Positions 32,520 through 45,807 of a stretch of DNA of 64,000 bases are shown piece after piece; position 1 is the stretch's first letter; every line of letters begins with the position of its first letter. Below the pieces are notes generated by a model. That model saw nothing but the letters and a program-made list of their open reading frames with translations. It did not search any database and was not told the DNA's origin. The stretch lies in assembly GCA_964016885.1 (NCBI GenBank), contig OZ024742.1:21948001-22012000 (forward strand). Reading direction: 5' to 3'. Both the position numbers and the translations under genes were made by a program. Source of the DNA: Eledone cirrhosa (lineage: Eukaryota).

Positions 32520-35500
32520 GTCATTTATCTTGCTTTATGTTTATACGAGTTATCACCAAGTCACAACCAGTGACCTCAAGAGACAACAAGGTCCGCCATG
32601 TTCAAGAAAGAACACACATATTCACACATGCATCCTTAGTGTTTAGACTTGTGATGTACTTATATTGACAGGATCTTCCTTAGTATATGGGCAGTTCCCA
32701 TTAGTACTATCTTTTGTATTTCTCCTATACGCGGGTTTCCTGGGATTTGCGATAAGTAGTCGTTAGACCCCTTAGGTATCATTCCCAGAGCGCCTACAAC
32801 CACTGGTATTGTTTTAGTTCTCAATTTCCACATTTTTCCAATTTCTATCTCCAGGTCCTTATACTTGCTCAATTTTTCAAATGTTTTTATAGATACATTC
32901 TTGTCTATTGGAACAGACATATCAATTAGCAGGCATACCCTCCTTTGAAAGTCCTTCAATATTATATCAGGTCTATTTGCATCTATTTTTCGGTCTGTTT
33001 GGATGCTAAAGTTCCACAAGATTGAGATGTGATCTTTTTCAAGTATGGGAGGTGGTTGATGCTCCCACCAATTCTTTTGATGGGGCAGGTCAAAATGCTT
33101 ACACATTATCCAATGTATGTATTGTGCAGCTCTGTCATGCCTGTTTAGGTATTCGGTTGGAGCTATAGGACTGCACATTGAAATTATATGGTCAATGGTC
33201 TCTGGTTGTTTTTTGCATACACGGCATAATGGGCTGCATCCATTTTTTATTATGTTGGCTTGGTAATTTTTTGTTGGCAGACACTGATCTTGTGCGGATA
33301 TAATCAGTCCTTCAGTCTCCGATTTCAGTCCAGAGGATGCCAACCACTGATGGGTTAAAGTTTTGTCAACATCAGGATTGTTAGCTCACTCTGGGTATTT
33401 TCCATACAGAGGCTTTTCTTGCCATTTCTTAGCCAGTTTCTGTAGCAGTTCTTTCTTTGCAGTTATTTTTACCTGCTTTGCTTTTTCTGTGTTTTCCATT
33501 TCAGCAGTAAATGGGACTTCTGAAATTTGTAGTCCATTACTGTATCTTTGTGCATCTTTTGTAATGGAATATGATCTTTTGGTGCTTTCGTGTTTCAAAA
33601 CGAGTTTGATCATCCAATCATGTGATTCCCTTAGATATGTGGATAATCCAATTGTTGCAGTTTTCAACGCAATGTCTAACTGGATTAACCCACGTCCTCC
33701 TTCTTTCCTAGGGAGATATATTCTATCTATGTCTGCCTTAGGGTGATGCATTCTGTGCATGGTTAAGAATTTTCGGATTTTTGTATCGAGCCTACGGATC
33801 TCTGTGCTTGACCAGTTGATGACATTGTAACTGTAGGTTACTACTGGTATGGCAAGCGTGTTTATGGCATCGATCCTATTCCTTGCATTCAATTCCGTTC
33901 TTAAGATTGCTCTGACTCTGCGGTAACATTCCTTCCTTATCCTTTCCCTCATTGTCGAGTGCTTGATTCCGACTCCTTCACAAACACCTAGATATTTGTA
34001 AGTTTGTTCTTGATCAAGCTCTCTTATCACGTTCCCCCGATCAAGATTAATGTCTGAACTCTTCAGCAGCTTTCCTCTGGTGAACGTTGCTTTGGCGCAT
34101 TTATCCAGTCCAAACTCCATTTTAATGTCATCACTGAACTGCTTCACAGTGGATAATAGCCCTTGCAATTGTTCATCATTTTTTGCAAATAGTTTCAGGT
34201 CATCCATGTAGAACAGGTGATTAATGGTTTTGTCATAGACTCTATATCCATGTTTTGTTTCATTGAGCATTTTACTTAATGGTATAAGTGCGATGCAGAA
34301 TAAAAGCGGTGATAAAGAGTCACCCTGAAAAATACCACAATTAATGTTAACTTCTCCAGCTTCCAGTGATTTTGTTTCACTATTCAAAAGGAGTGTCGTT
34401 CTCCATGTCCTCATACTGAATGACAAAAACCTCCTGACAACGGGGGATATTTTGAAAATCTCTAAACATTTTTCAATCCAACTGTGTGGCAAACTATCAA
34501 ATGCTTTTTTATAATCTATCCAAGCAATCGATAGATTTTTGTGTCTATTATGACAATCTTCCAGTATCATTTTGTTAACCAGAAGCTGATCCTTACAGCC
34601 ATATGAGCCTCGTTTACACCCTTTTCTGCTCAATGGGAAATAGGTCATTTGTTATCAGGTGGTCATATGTGTATTCAGTTAGGACTGATGTTAAAATTTT
34701 ATACATTGTGGTCAAGCAGGTTATCGGTCTGTAATTTTTGGGATTGTTTGTCTCATCATTCTTCGGCAGCAGGAATGTAATGCCGTTAACTAGCCATGAT
34801 GGTATCTTTTCTGGCTCCTTAACTATTTCATTGTAAAGTTGGGCTAACAGCTCATTAGACTCTGTGAAGGCATTTATCCAAAAGTTTTGTATTTTGTCTT
34901 TTCCTGGGGATTTCCATTTGCTGGTTTTTCTTAGAGCCAAGCGCAGCTGTTCAACTGTTATATTTTCCCATGTTTGTTCTTCAAGGTGAGCTGTTTCTTT
35001 CATTTGTCTGTCTATCCATGGGGCATGTATGTTATGAACTTTTTCTTCGGCCCAGATCTTTTCCCAGAATTCTTGCACTTCCTCCTTGGGTGGTATTGAT
35101 TTAGCAGTTATTGTTGACTTACCAATTTTTCTGTAGAAGTTTCTTTGGTTGTTTTTGAACATATTATTGTCCTTATAGAATCTAGATCGTTTTTCAAAGC
35201 GCCTTATACGAGCAGCTTTGGCCGACACTTTTTGCTTGATTGTTTCTATCAGCATGTCTATGTCACATGTTGATCTTATACTGTACTTTTTTTTCAATTT
35301 TCTAAGTTTAGTTTGTTTAACATGTTCACCTACTTTATAGTTTGTTAAAATTTCTATGTCAGATCGGAGAAGGTTTATTTGGCGATTGATGTTATCTTGC
35401 CAAGTAGATTTCTTGTGGGAATTCCTTTGTTTTTTCATCTTCACTCCACATAAGTGAGTGGTGACTTAAGCCGATGCATAATAGAGATGATTTAAGTCAG

Positions 35501-36472
35501 TAATGTTTATTTTGTTTGTGATGATAATGTTTTTGAGAATTATGTTAGTCTTGTGTATTATCTTTTGGTTCTGTTTGGAGTTCTGGATCTTAGGGAGGGT
35601 GTCTCGTTCCCCCATGTCAGATTCTTTCATTTTCATCCATTCGATCATAATTTCATCCTTCAAGTTGGCAAGTTCATTCTCATTCATTTCTTTATCATTT
35701 ACGATCTCATTATTTTCATTTGGAGTTTCATCCTGAGCATGCACTCCCTCCACTTTTTCGCTCCTTTCTTTAATTTGTTCTGTTGCCAGTGATTCCGCCC
35801 CAACTCTGGGATTCGAAGTGTTACAGTTTACCTCGTTTTCACTGACACATGCTTCATTTTCCCTTCGCTGACTTTGTGCTACTAGCTTGATCTGATCAAT
35901 TTCTATATCAGTTAGTAACTTTTTTCTTACAATATTTCTTCGTATATTGGCTAGTTTGTTACTGTCAATATAGCCTCTGTTTTCGGGATGTTTCTTTTTC
36001 CAGTTGATATATGTTTGCTCTGTATTCGATGTATTTGATGGGTAGTACATGGCAGTGTAGAAAGCCTCAAGGACTTCTTTATTATCTTCCCTTGACCATT
36101 TTTCTCTCTTTTTCTTTGGATTTCTTGGTGGTGAGCATGGAGGGCCAACAGTAGGAGTATTCCGGTTATGGGAGGTCTCCAGCTCCGAAGTGATGGGAAG
36201 GTTTGAACCATTAGCTGATTTTTCGACCCCAGTCTGGTTCCTCTCTGAGGGACGCGGCCCTTTTTTACCCGGGGGACGGCCGATCCGGTATGAGATTTCA
36301 TCATTAGACATCTACTTTATTTTGTCGCGTTTTATCCTTATCCGCCAAGGGGTAATCTTTTCGTGTTACCACTTCTAGAACGAGTGTCAACCAAGACTAG
36401 AGGGGTCGTTCTCCCCTAGAGACATGGCTATTCCCCGCCGGCCGCCATCCCGGTATTTCTTGGTCACGGGGT
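32520..36472 (-). mobile_element. Near-full-length R4/Dong-like RLE non-LTR retrotransposon with an (AAT)n tail
   Basis: Single disrupted ORF 36311->32660 with [60 protein letters not shown] and PVVVGALG. Confidence 0.93.
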
Positions 36473-37373
36473 TTTCTTTTTGTTGTTTTTTTAAATTGTT
36501 ATTATCATGAGTGGTTCCTTAATGTGAGCATTGCGTGGCTTAAGAATGAAATTATTAATAATTGTCTCCACTCCAGGGACAAGGCCAGCAATCACCCAGT
36601 GCATTACAATAATATAATATACTTTTTGTTGTAGTTGGCTGTTATTGCTGCTGGCTATGTCGGTGGTGGTGCCGGGGGTTTTTATATTGTTGGTGAGGAA
36701 GGGGTGAGCCAGCAGTCCCATAATTGTTGATGTAGACGTTTGTCCGTGGCAAGGTCACCAAGTCAATCTATTTATATCTTTTGCTAGCCTCTCTCTTGTC
36801 TAGTGCTACCACCACCTTCCCTTTTCTCTCTCAAGTTAACAGGGGAATAGTGTCAGTAGCATTGAATGAGTGGTGGCGGCGATGATGGATGTGGTGGAGT
36901 TGTGGCAGCGGTGGTGTTGTGGTTACTGATATAGTATCTATGAGTTTGTGTTCGTATGTTTAATATATATTTTCATTATATTTTGTGTTGACATATTCCC
37001 GTAAAATTTGAATTAAACATTTTTTAAAATTTGAGACAATAATAATAGTAATTATTATTATGATGCCGGTGAAGTTGCCGTTATATTTAGTGTGATGGGA
37101 TAGGTAGTGTATCAAGTTTCTGGTGTTGGTGAAATTGAAATTGCCGCTGTTCTATATAGTGTAGACAGAGGGTGTTTTGTTCCATTTATAACCATTTTCT
37201 TTTTTTGAATACAAAATATATAATTCAAAATTGAATATTTGAGCGATACAACAATATAATATGGATCCGAAACTTTATGGGACCTCATTCGGTGCCTTTA
37301 TGCAACATTTGTGCTAAGAATTGTTCTTTCACAATTGATTTAAATATGTTAAAAATCAAAATTATTATTATTA

Positions 37374-37411
<38 letters not shown>

Positions 37412-37619
37412 GGCGAGCTACGTAGTAAATCGTATCATCGTGAGCTCCGCAAAGGTTTGTTATTTCCGTTTGTTAAAAATTGTCATTTATGGAAAATTTT
37501 ATTGTTAACTGTTTATAAGCGCACATACATTGTTTTCCGAAAAGGACACCCAAAAAGATTGGGGCCTTGTGCCCAAAATTTTAACTTTTATTATTATCCG
37601 AAAATTTCTTTGAAAAAAA

Positions 37620-39612
37620 ATGACTAATTCCCCTCTGCACGAAGCAGCTGAAAGCCTTCCTCACAAAATAACACCTCACACCGACACCACCATTGTAAAT
37701 GTTACTACGTTTGCCAACACAAAAAAAAATATAAGCAGTAGCAATATTTTAAATTTGTCTCAGGCAGACATTCATTTCCCGCCATTACCAATGACTGCAG
37801 GTGTTAAAGCCTCCACCACCACCATCACCGCGACAACCCCCACCCCCACCACCACCGCGACAACAGAAACAATAGAAGAAAAAAATAAATTAACTCGTGA
37901 TGTCGAAATGAAATCAAGCAAAATGGACTCTTCCGCACCAAAGACGACTGACGTCACCACCACCACAGCTGAAACTAAAATTAATATTAACGATAGCAAC
38001 AACAACAAGAATGACATTATAAAAACCCCCCTCAGTTTCGCCAGAGTAGCAAAACAGTTCGAAGCATTTACGGTAACTCAGGAGGATTTAGAAAATGCCA
38101 AACAAATGGTAAAGAAAGATGGGTACAGGGTCAGCCCCCCCCCCCCCCCCACCACCACCTAATAAAATGGAGCATCGGCGCCTATGCACCGTGTCGTATA
38201 GAACAATAAATGTAAAATCGCGCCGAGTGGAACGGGCATCCGAGTCCCAAATCCAAAAAGCTTTGGGACATGTGTGGGCAAGAAAAACCCACATCAGACG
38301 TGGGCAAAAGTATGGAACCGTGGACGTGTTCTTTGAAACACCAGAGGAGGCTAGAGAACACTCCATGGCCCCATTAAGAAGTGACGACTTCACACTCGTC
38401 CCAAGCTATTGTGGCCAGAGACTCGTAAAGATCAGGGTGACCCACGTTCCACCGGCCATCGAAATTCCCTGGCTAATAGCGGCCGTCCTCGCCGGCATCG
38501 AAGCCAACACGAAAATAATAGCAATAGCAAAAGAAAAGCAGGAGAACTGGTCCGGATCTGGGATGGAGCTCCTGATCCAAGCGGACCAAAAAAGCATTGA
38601 GGAGATCACAGAGGTAATAGACCTCACTGACGGCAGCCACCTCACGGTAATTGTCGAGGGCAGAAGACCTAGGTGTGTCGTTTGTGGTGAAGGAACCCAC
38701 CTAAGGGCTTTCTGCCCTCAGGCTAAAAGGTTGAGGCCACCTCTCCTACCCACCCCAGTGACACAACCATCAACACCACCAGTAGCAGAGATGGCAGCAG
38801 CAACTGTAGCAGCAACAACAGAAGCAACTATAACAGCAACAACCCCAGCAACAGTAGCAAAACCATCACCACCACCACCACCAGCAAAACCAACACCACC
38901 ACCACCCAACGCTTCAGAACTAGCACCAACGCCTACACCATCCACCACGCCACAACCAAAACTAACGGCTGTGGAGGATTTTCCACTCCCCGGCCTATCA
39001 TAACTGGAGACAGATTGTGACGTCGAGGAGTGGGAAACGATATCCGGAAAAAAAAAGAAACCAAAAAAGAAAAAGTTCTCTTCCTTCCCCCTCCAAAAAC
39101 AAAATACAGAGGGAAACAAAAAATTAAGAAACAAAAAAGTTAGGACAGATATGCCACCATCCACACCAGCATCACCAACCCCATCAACCCAAACACCAAC
39201 ACCATCACCATCATTAACCCCAACACCACCATCACCTACACCACAAAAGTCACCAAAATGCGAAACAGAAACAAACCCACAACAAACGCAAACAAAACAA
39301 AACAACCAAAACGATACACACTACACAACATTAAATTTGAACAACAAGCAATTATTACACTACATCCAACACAACACCAGCATCACAGAAAAAAACTACA
39401 CAACAACCCCAAAATTCACACCACCTCCACACATACAAATCACTCGCATCACACAGAAAACGTACATGACACTAAAACAAAAATTCCCCAAAGACATCGG
39501 AGACTTCCGACAAGCACTGTCCAGGAGGATTTATAAGGACATCCTTCCTGAGGAGGCCACAAGCAGTGAAAAGGATGGAAAAACCGTCCTTCCCCTACGA
39601 GAAGTAAGGTAA
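37620..39612 (+). pseudogene. Tx1-like ORF1 of copy 2 (CVVCGEGTHLRAFC knuckle)
   Basis: ORF pieces 37620-38162, 38119-39003 and 39151-39612. Frameshift in the C-run near 38140 and a stop at 39001. Confidence 0.85.
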
Positions 39613-39647
39613 GTCGTCTTTCCCATCTTTTCCACTCCTTTTTCAAC

Positions 39648-42600
39648 ATGACCTCACTCAGAATAGGCAGCATAAATGCGCGTGGCTTGGGGTCGTCATG
39701 GAAGCAGGGCCACCTGCTCAACTACCCCAGGTCACTAAACATAGATGTAGTGGCCATCAGCAAGACCAGAATATCCGAAGCACAGGCTTTCGCACCGATC
39801 TTCGGCGGCTACGATGTGTACGCATCTCCCAGCCGTCCGGGATCGGGGGGAAGGAGTTGCTGTGCTTTTTCGGAGAGGTTTGGATCTTGCCATACGGGCC
39901 ATCTTCCTGGACCCAGAAGGTAAGTTGGTGGTGCTGGACGTGACCAGCGGAGACGGCCAAGCTTTCAGGTTAGTGGCCGTCTATGCCCCGACAGGAGCAG
40001 GGCGGCCTGATTTCTTCCGGCGTCTGGAGACCTTTCTTGGAACGTCCCGCTCTTTAGTATTAGTGGGCGACTGGAACGGGATCTTAGATGCACGCTGGGA
40101 TTGTGTGGGATTAGTGGATAGGGAAGGAGGATGCAAGAGTCTCACCAACCTGCTCAGACGTTTTGAACTATCTGACAGGTACCGAATGGATTTCCCAAAT
40201 GTACCAATGTGGACTTGGACAAATCGCATAGGGTCATCCAGATCATATCTAGATAGAGTATTTTGTAGGGAAATAGATAGGTCTAGCATAGGCTGTCCAC
40301 AATTCAAGATAGTCAGCTACACGGACCACAAATTCGTGATCTGTGTGCTTGACTTAGATAGGCTTCATAGACGAGGACCCGGCTACTGGAAGCTAAACGC
40401 GTCCTTACCAGCGCGCAAGGCCTACAGAGACCGGATTAGCGAACTAGTTAAGCGGGCGTTGACGGGGGCCATCGTCAACAACAAGTGGTGGTTTGCTCTG
40501 AAAAGAGCAATTAGAATTGAGTCCATTAGGTTTAGTAAGACTTTAGCAATAGAGAAAAATAGAGCAGAGGGAGAATTAGTTAGAAAATTAGATGAGGCGC
40601 TTAGCAAAGGCATCGCGACCGACGTACTTGCGGCGAAATTGGCCCTTGACCAATTCTTCAATGCAAAGTACGAAGGCTGCGTTGTCAGAGCTAGGGTGCG
40701 TGCTCTCAGACACGAGGTGACGAAAGCCGTTCAATGGGCCCGAGTGGCGGAGGTGCGTCGTGGCAACAAAGCCACGATCCGGTCTTTGGTGGACCACGAC
40801 GGGCGCATGCTACTCGATCCTGGGCAAATGTGTGAAGCTTTTCAGCGACACTTCGCTCAAATGTTCGGGGGTAGTGGCGGGCCGGATCGAGGGATGGACT
40901 TTAGTGTCTACCTCGACGGACTGCCGCGGCTTTCGGCCACTGAGGCGGAGTGTTGCGAAAAGCCGATAACAACCGCTGAAGTACGGGATGCAATGACTAG
41001 TTGCACAAGGGGTAAATCGCCTGGTTTGGATGGTTTGCCCTATGAACTTTACGTACAAATGCCAAACTTGTTCGGAGGCCTCTTGGCGGACGTCTACTGC
41101 AACTGGCAACAGAACGGGAGAATTCCCAGCTCTGTGAGCCGAGGAGCGGTGGCGCTGCTGAGAAAGGATCCGAACAAGGGGGATAACATAGATAATTTTA
41201 GGCCCATAACTCTGCTAAACACAGAGTTCAAGATTTTGGCCAAGGTGCTAGCAAAGAGGTTGGCGCTTGTCGTTGGTGGTCTGGTGGGAGAGGCACAGAC
41301 ATGCGCCATTCCCGACAGATCCATCCACGACAACCTCCACCTCATGCGATACATCGTAGAGAGGGTAGCTAGGTAACCTGGCACGGGTGGGTCTTTGATC
41401 AATGTAGATCAGTCGAAAGCCTTCGATAGGGTCGACCATCGTTACCTAGCGGCAGTCCTGAGGGCGGCTGGCTTTGGGCCCGTCTTCAGAGGCTGGATCG
41501 CTGCCATGCACAGCGACATCTGCTCTGTAGTGAGAGTGAACGGTCACCTTTCGGAACCGTTCAACATTATGCGCTCGGTCCGCCAAGGATGTCCCCTCTC
41601 GTCCTTATTGTACGTATTGACTCTCGAGCCATTACTGCACAAACTGGAGACGTTGAGCGGGGTCCCGCGCGAACTAGGATGCGGAAGATCCGTGTCAGCA
41701 TATGCCGACGATGTCACCGTAGTGGTGTCGAACGCCAAACACATCGAGGCGATCGGCACTACACTAAGAGAATACGAAGCGGTGACAGGAGCAATGATCA
41801 ACCAGGAAAAGTCAGTGGGCCTGCAGATCGGCACCTGGAGAGGCAGGTCCATGCCGTCCAACAGCGTCGTCGGGCGCTGGACGGACGGACCGGTTAAATT
41901 GCTAGGGGTCTGGTTCGGTCCAGACCTCCAGACGGACAAAAACTGGGACGAGGTGACGAGCAGGGTGGCTTCTCTCACCCAGAAATGGGCCGAGAGGAAG
42001 CTATCCCTGAAAGGTCGAGCGGAGGTGGCTAACGCGTGCATAGCGTCTGTCATCTGCTACCGCCTGACCGTCGTACCTTGTCCTAAGCCCCGCCTGACTG
42101 CGCTGGAGCGTTTGCTCTTTCGCTTCTTGTGGAAGGGACGCGCTCCGATGGTCAGGAGGTCCATCTGCTGTCAACACCCGCTACGTGGAGGGCTGGGCAT
42201 GCCGTGGCTGATGATGCGCAGACACGCGCTCAGGCTACGACATCTCCACCTCTTCCTCGACGGTGATCAGGTGTGGTCGCCGTTTGCTAGACACGTTTTT
42301 CCCCAGCTCGTCTCCTTGACGGAGCTGCAGTCCTGGGTCAAGCGAAGACCGAGAGGGAGCGCTTGGAGACTGGAATGTCTTCAGGCGCTCACAGCCCTCG
42401 ACCAATCGGGCAATGTGATCCGTGTAAACTCCACCTTGGCGTTCCATAGGGGATTAGTGGAGGGGAAGAGCGACGACGTACTTGGAGAAACTCTAGGCGT
42501 CGACGAAAATCAACTAGCCAATCTCTTCGGAAGGACTTTCGGGCCGGGGCCTATGGACAACTTCCAGAAATCCCTGGCCTGGCAGTGCTACCGGGGTGCT

Positions 42601-43068
42601 TTGCCAGTTCGGGATAAACTTTACAGGCATGGAGGTGCCGTCAGCCGGGCATGTCCGAGATGCGCACAGGGCAACGAAACCGTCCTGCACGCACTCGTCC
42701 AGTGTCCGAGCATTGCTGACTTGTGGGTTTATGTCGAACACCTGCTGTCACGTGTAGGACGGATCCAGCTATCAGCTGAGTCCATCGTGAGGATTGCCCC
42801 GACCCCTTCCTTTAGCCGGGAAGGGCAGGCAGTTTTTATCTGTCTGGTGGCCATGGCGAAAGAGATAGTATGGTGGACACGTTTGAAAGGGCTGAAGACG
42901 AGCACTTACCTCTTCCGTGATGCCCTGATTAACTTTTTCAAATTTCATCTGAAAAGGAAAATCAGGGTAGAGAGGGAAGTGCTCTCTTCCCAGCATTTTG
43001 TTGAAAGATGGGTGAGAGAAGCAAGTATGGCCCGAATGAATGGGCCTTCTCTGAGTATGTGCCTGTAA
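39648..43068 (+). pseudogene. Tx1-like ORF2 of copy 2
   Basis: One frameshift (G-run near 39850) and one stop (41374). Otherwise a complete APE-RT-CPRC..H..C zinc-finger ORF. Confidence 0.93.
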
Positions 43069-43337
43069 ATTAAAGGTGGAAAACTGGGAGAGGGCACTTG
43101 CCCTGGTGGTCAGGGCCACTGTGGTCTTTTAATGGGCTTTCTCCACAAATGTCCCTCGGAAGTCTCCCCCCTATTGGGGAATTTTTCTTTGTTATTTTAT
43201 TTCATCCTCTGTTTTTTTTTTACACGCAGAAATGCCCTTTGTACCGTCCTGTATTGTCCTGTACTGTCCTTAATGTCTACTTTATGTAAACCCTTGTGGT
43301 TAATAAAGAAAACATTATTATTATTATTATTATTATT

Positions 43338-44124
43338 CTTTGAGTCTCAGTCATTGATGTTAGTTAACTGGAAAGTTTGTTGAGATGAATATCAAGCCAC
43401 TACCTGCAGCCTCAGATATTCAGGACGTATCGGAGGGTTCTTGCTGTTCCCAACAAGCATGCCTTTTGAAGCGTTCCAAAAAGCGTGAAGGGGCCAATTT
43501 TCTTTAACCATCCCTGGAAACTTTTTGAGATAGTCCCTAGTGCGCCTATGACAATCGGGATCACTTTGACTTCATGGCAGTTCCAAATCCTTTTTACCTC
43601 CCACTTTAAGTCCTGGTATCGGTTAATTTTCTCCCTCTCCTTCTCTTGCACTCTCGTGTCGAATGGGCAGGCCATATCCACAATCAGGCATGATCTTTTT
43701 TCTTTGTCCAAAACCACCAGGTCAGGTCTATTGTGTTCCAGTTTCTTGTCCGTCTGTATCCTAAAATCCCATAGCACCTTCACCTGATCGTTTTCTATCA
43801 CCGCCTCTGGCTTATGCTCATACCACTTCTCAGAATGTGGTAAATTGTTTACTTTGCATAGGTGCCAGTGGATCACCCTGCCCATCACATCATGTCTCCA
43901 GCCCTTATAGTGAGTCTGGGGTAGGTGTTTACACTCGGATACAATGGGATACAATGTGAGCCACAGTCTTCTCTCTCTCTCCACAGATCCTGCACAGTGG
44001 ACTAGCCTCCTCCTTGTAAATGTGGTGTTTCAACCACTTCGTTTTGAGGGCCTGCTCCTGCGCAGCCATTAACATTCCTTCTCTAGCCTTTTTAAGGTCT
44101 CCTCTTTTCAACCAGTTCCATGTC

Positions 44125-44125
<1 letters not shown>
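43338..44125 (-). mobile_element. 5'-truncated R4/Dong-like element (second family) between (ATT)n tracts
   Basis: LMAAQEQAL, CRIC, RHD, HNRPDLVV, KINRYQDL and PIVIGALG. (ATT)n at both ends. Confidence 0.9.
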
Positions 44126-44164
<39 letters not shown>

Positions 44165-44650
44165 GAGAAGGGTCATGGGGGCAGAGTCTTCAAATACACC
44201 TTCCAGCGGTTCCTGTCAGAAGCAACCATCTCCAACTGATCCAGCTGGATCCCCAAGCAAGACTAGCCAATCTCATGGATGTTATCCAACCATCCTTCAC
44301 TAGGTCTACCCTTGGGTCTCCTGTCGGTTGGTTTTGCCGGTAAAATCTGTCCAGCAATACTTTCCTGAGACATTCTAACCCCATGTCAGTACTATCGGAG
44401 TTGTGATCTCTCAATTCGGAAAAGTAACGGCTCTACCAGGAGTGACTCTCTCGTCTCCGAGCTTCACACTTTATCGAGTAATTTTACTCCAAAGACGCTT
44501 CGAAGGAATTCCATTTCGGCCGCTTCTATTCGTGATCGTATTCTTTAGATTATTACCCAAGATTCATGACCATAGGTGAGGGTTGGCACGAATACCAAAT
44601 TGAAGACAGTGAGTTTGGCTTTTACGCCTACCTCCCTTCTGCTGATTACC
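44165..44650 (-). mobile_element. 3' fragment of an RTE-clade LINE ending in (AAT)n
   Basis: The minus strand reads RPKGRPSEGWLDNIH...LGIQLDQLEMVASDRNRW, an RTE C-terminal motif. Confidence 0.7.
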
Positions 44651-44865
44651 GAATGCTCGAGCTTCGTATTAAAAACCTTGCAGCATTTGTTCCGACTCAT
44701 TGCATTCTGTGTTCAAAACCCACCAAGGTTAACTTTGTAATTCATCCTTTCGAGGTCAATAAATGAAGCAATTAATCTCAGGTCCAAAGTGTGTGATTTA
44801 TGGAATTGATAGAGTGTCAGGTGAAATGGTTTGTGACATCTCTTAGTGTCATTTACATGCTGAAG

Positions 44866-45135
44866 ACACATGTGACGTCAGTGGAGCCAAGCGTTGTCGG
44901 ACGTTTCCTATGTGACAGTAGGAGAGGTCCTATGTGACATAAATGGAGCCATGCTGTATTAGCTCATTCCTTTCATTTGGAAAACAGTGTTGATGGGAAT
45001 CTCACATGTGATACCAGTGTTGCTGAGCTGTATCAGCCCATTCCTTTAACAGGGAAAAGATCCGTGATGGAGAGGTCCTACGTGATATGTGGGGCCAAGA
45101 TGAATTAGCCCTTTTCCTTCATTTGGAAAGAATAT
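44866..45135. repeat. Degenerate ~75-bp tandem repeat (3-4 units)
   Basis: Recurrent gagaggtcct.(c/t)gtga...tagc.cattcctt.catttggaaa. Confidence 0.5.
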
Positions 45136-45730
45136 GTGGCAGTGGCCCTTTCTTTTTACTTGGAGAGCATCGGTGGTGGGAAAGGGAGACTTGCATGCAT
45201 AGAAAATTGAGGATCTTCTACTAAATGATAAACTTGTCCAAACCCTCAGTTCGAAGAACATTCCAGATGCAGATCCATAATTTCATGAGGCCCACGAAGA
45301 CCCAGGAATTTGTAAAGATGCTAGAGCCGCAGTTCTAATACCGTATAGTAGTTATTTCACATGACTAACACTGTTTAATGTTTCGTGAAAAGTAGGTAGC
45401 CCACAACACACAATTTCCTCTCCGCTGAAATGAAAGAAAAAAATCAATATTCTAAATTGCAGGGCGTATCAATAAGTAGAAACATGAATGGTGATATAGT
45501 CAGTGTTTGGTGGAATTCAAATAATGTGTTACCTTTTCGAATCAACCAAAACAAGCAGAATATAATTATCTTCTTCAGCTAAGAACTGTAAACCTGTGTC
45601 GGCAATGTCCTTTGAAGTAGTTATATACCATTCTTAGCAACTATATTGTTTTGTTCTACTAAATTAAGAAACTTAGAAAAAAAAAATCAATTGAATTCTT
45701 GCTTTTCCTTAATCAATGACACACATCATC

Positions 45731-45807
<77 letters not shown>

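Larger units (their letters stand above)
37412..43313 (+). mobile_element. Near-full-length Tx1-like LINE, family A copy 2 (different 5'UTR and ORF1 type)
   Basis: (ATT)n at 37361-37411 and 43314-43337. ORF2 is near-identical to copy 1. Confidence 0.95.
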
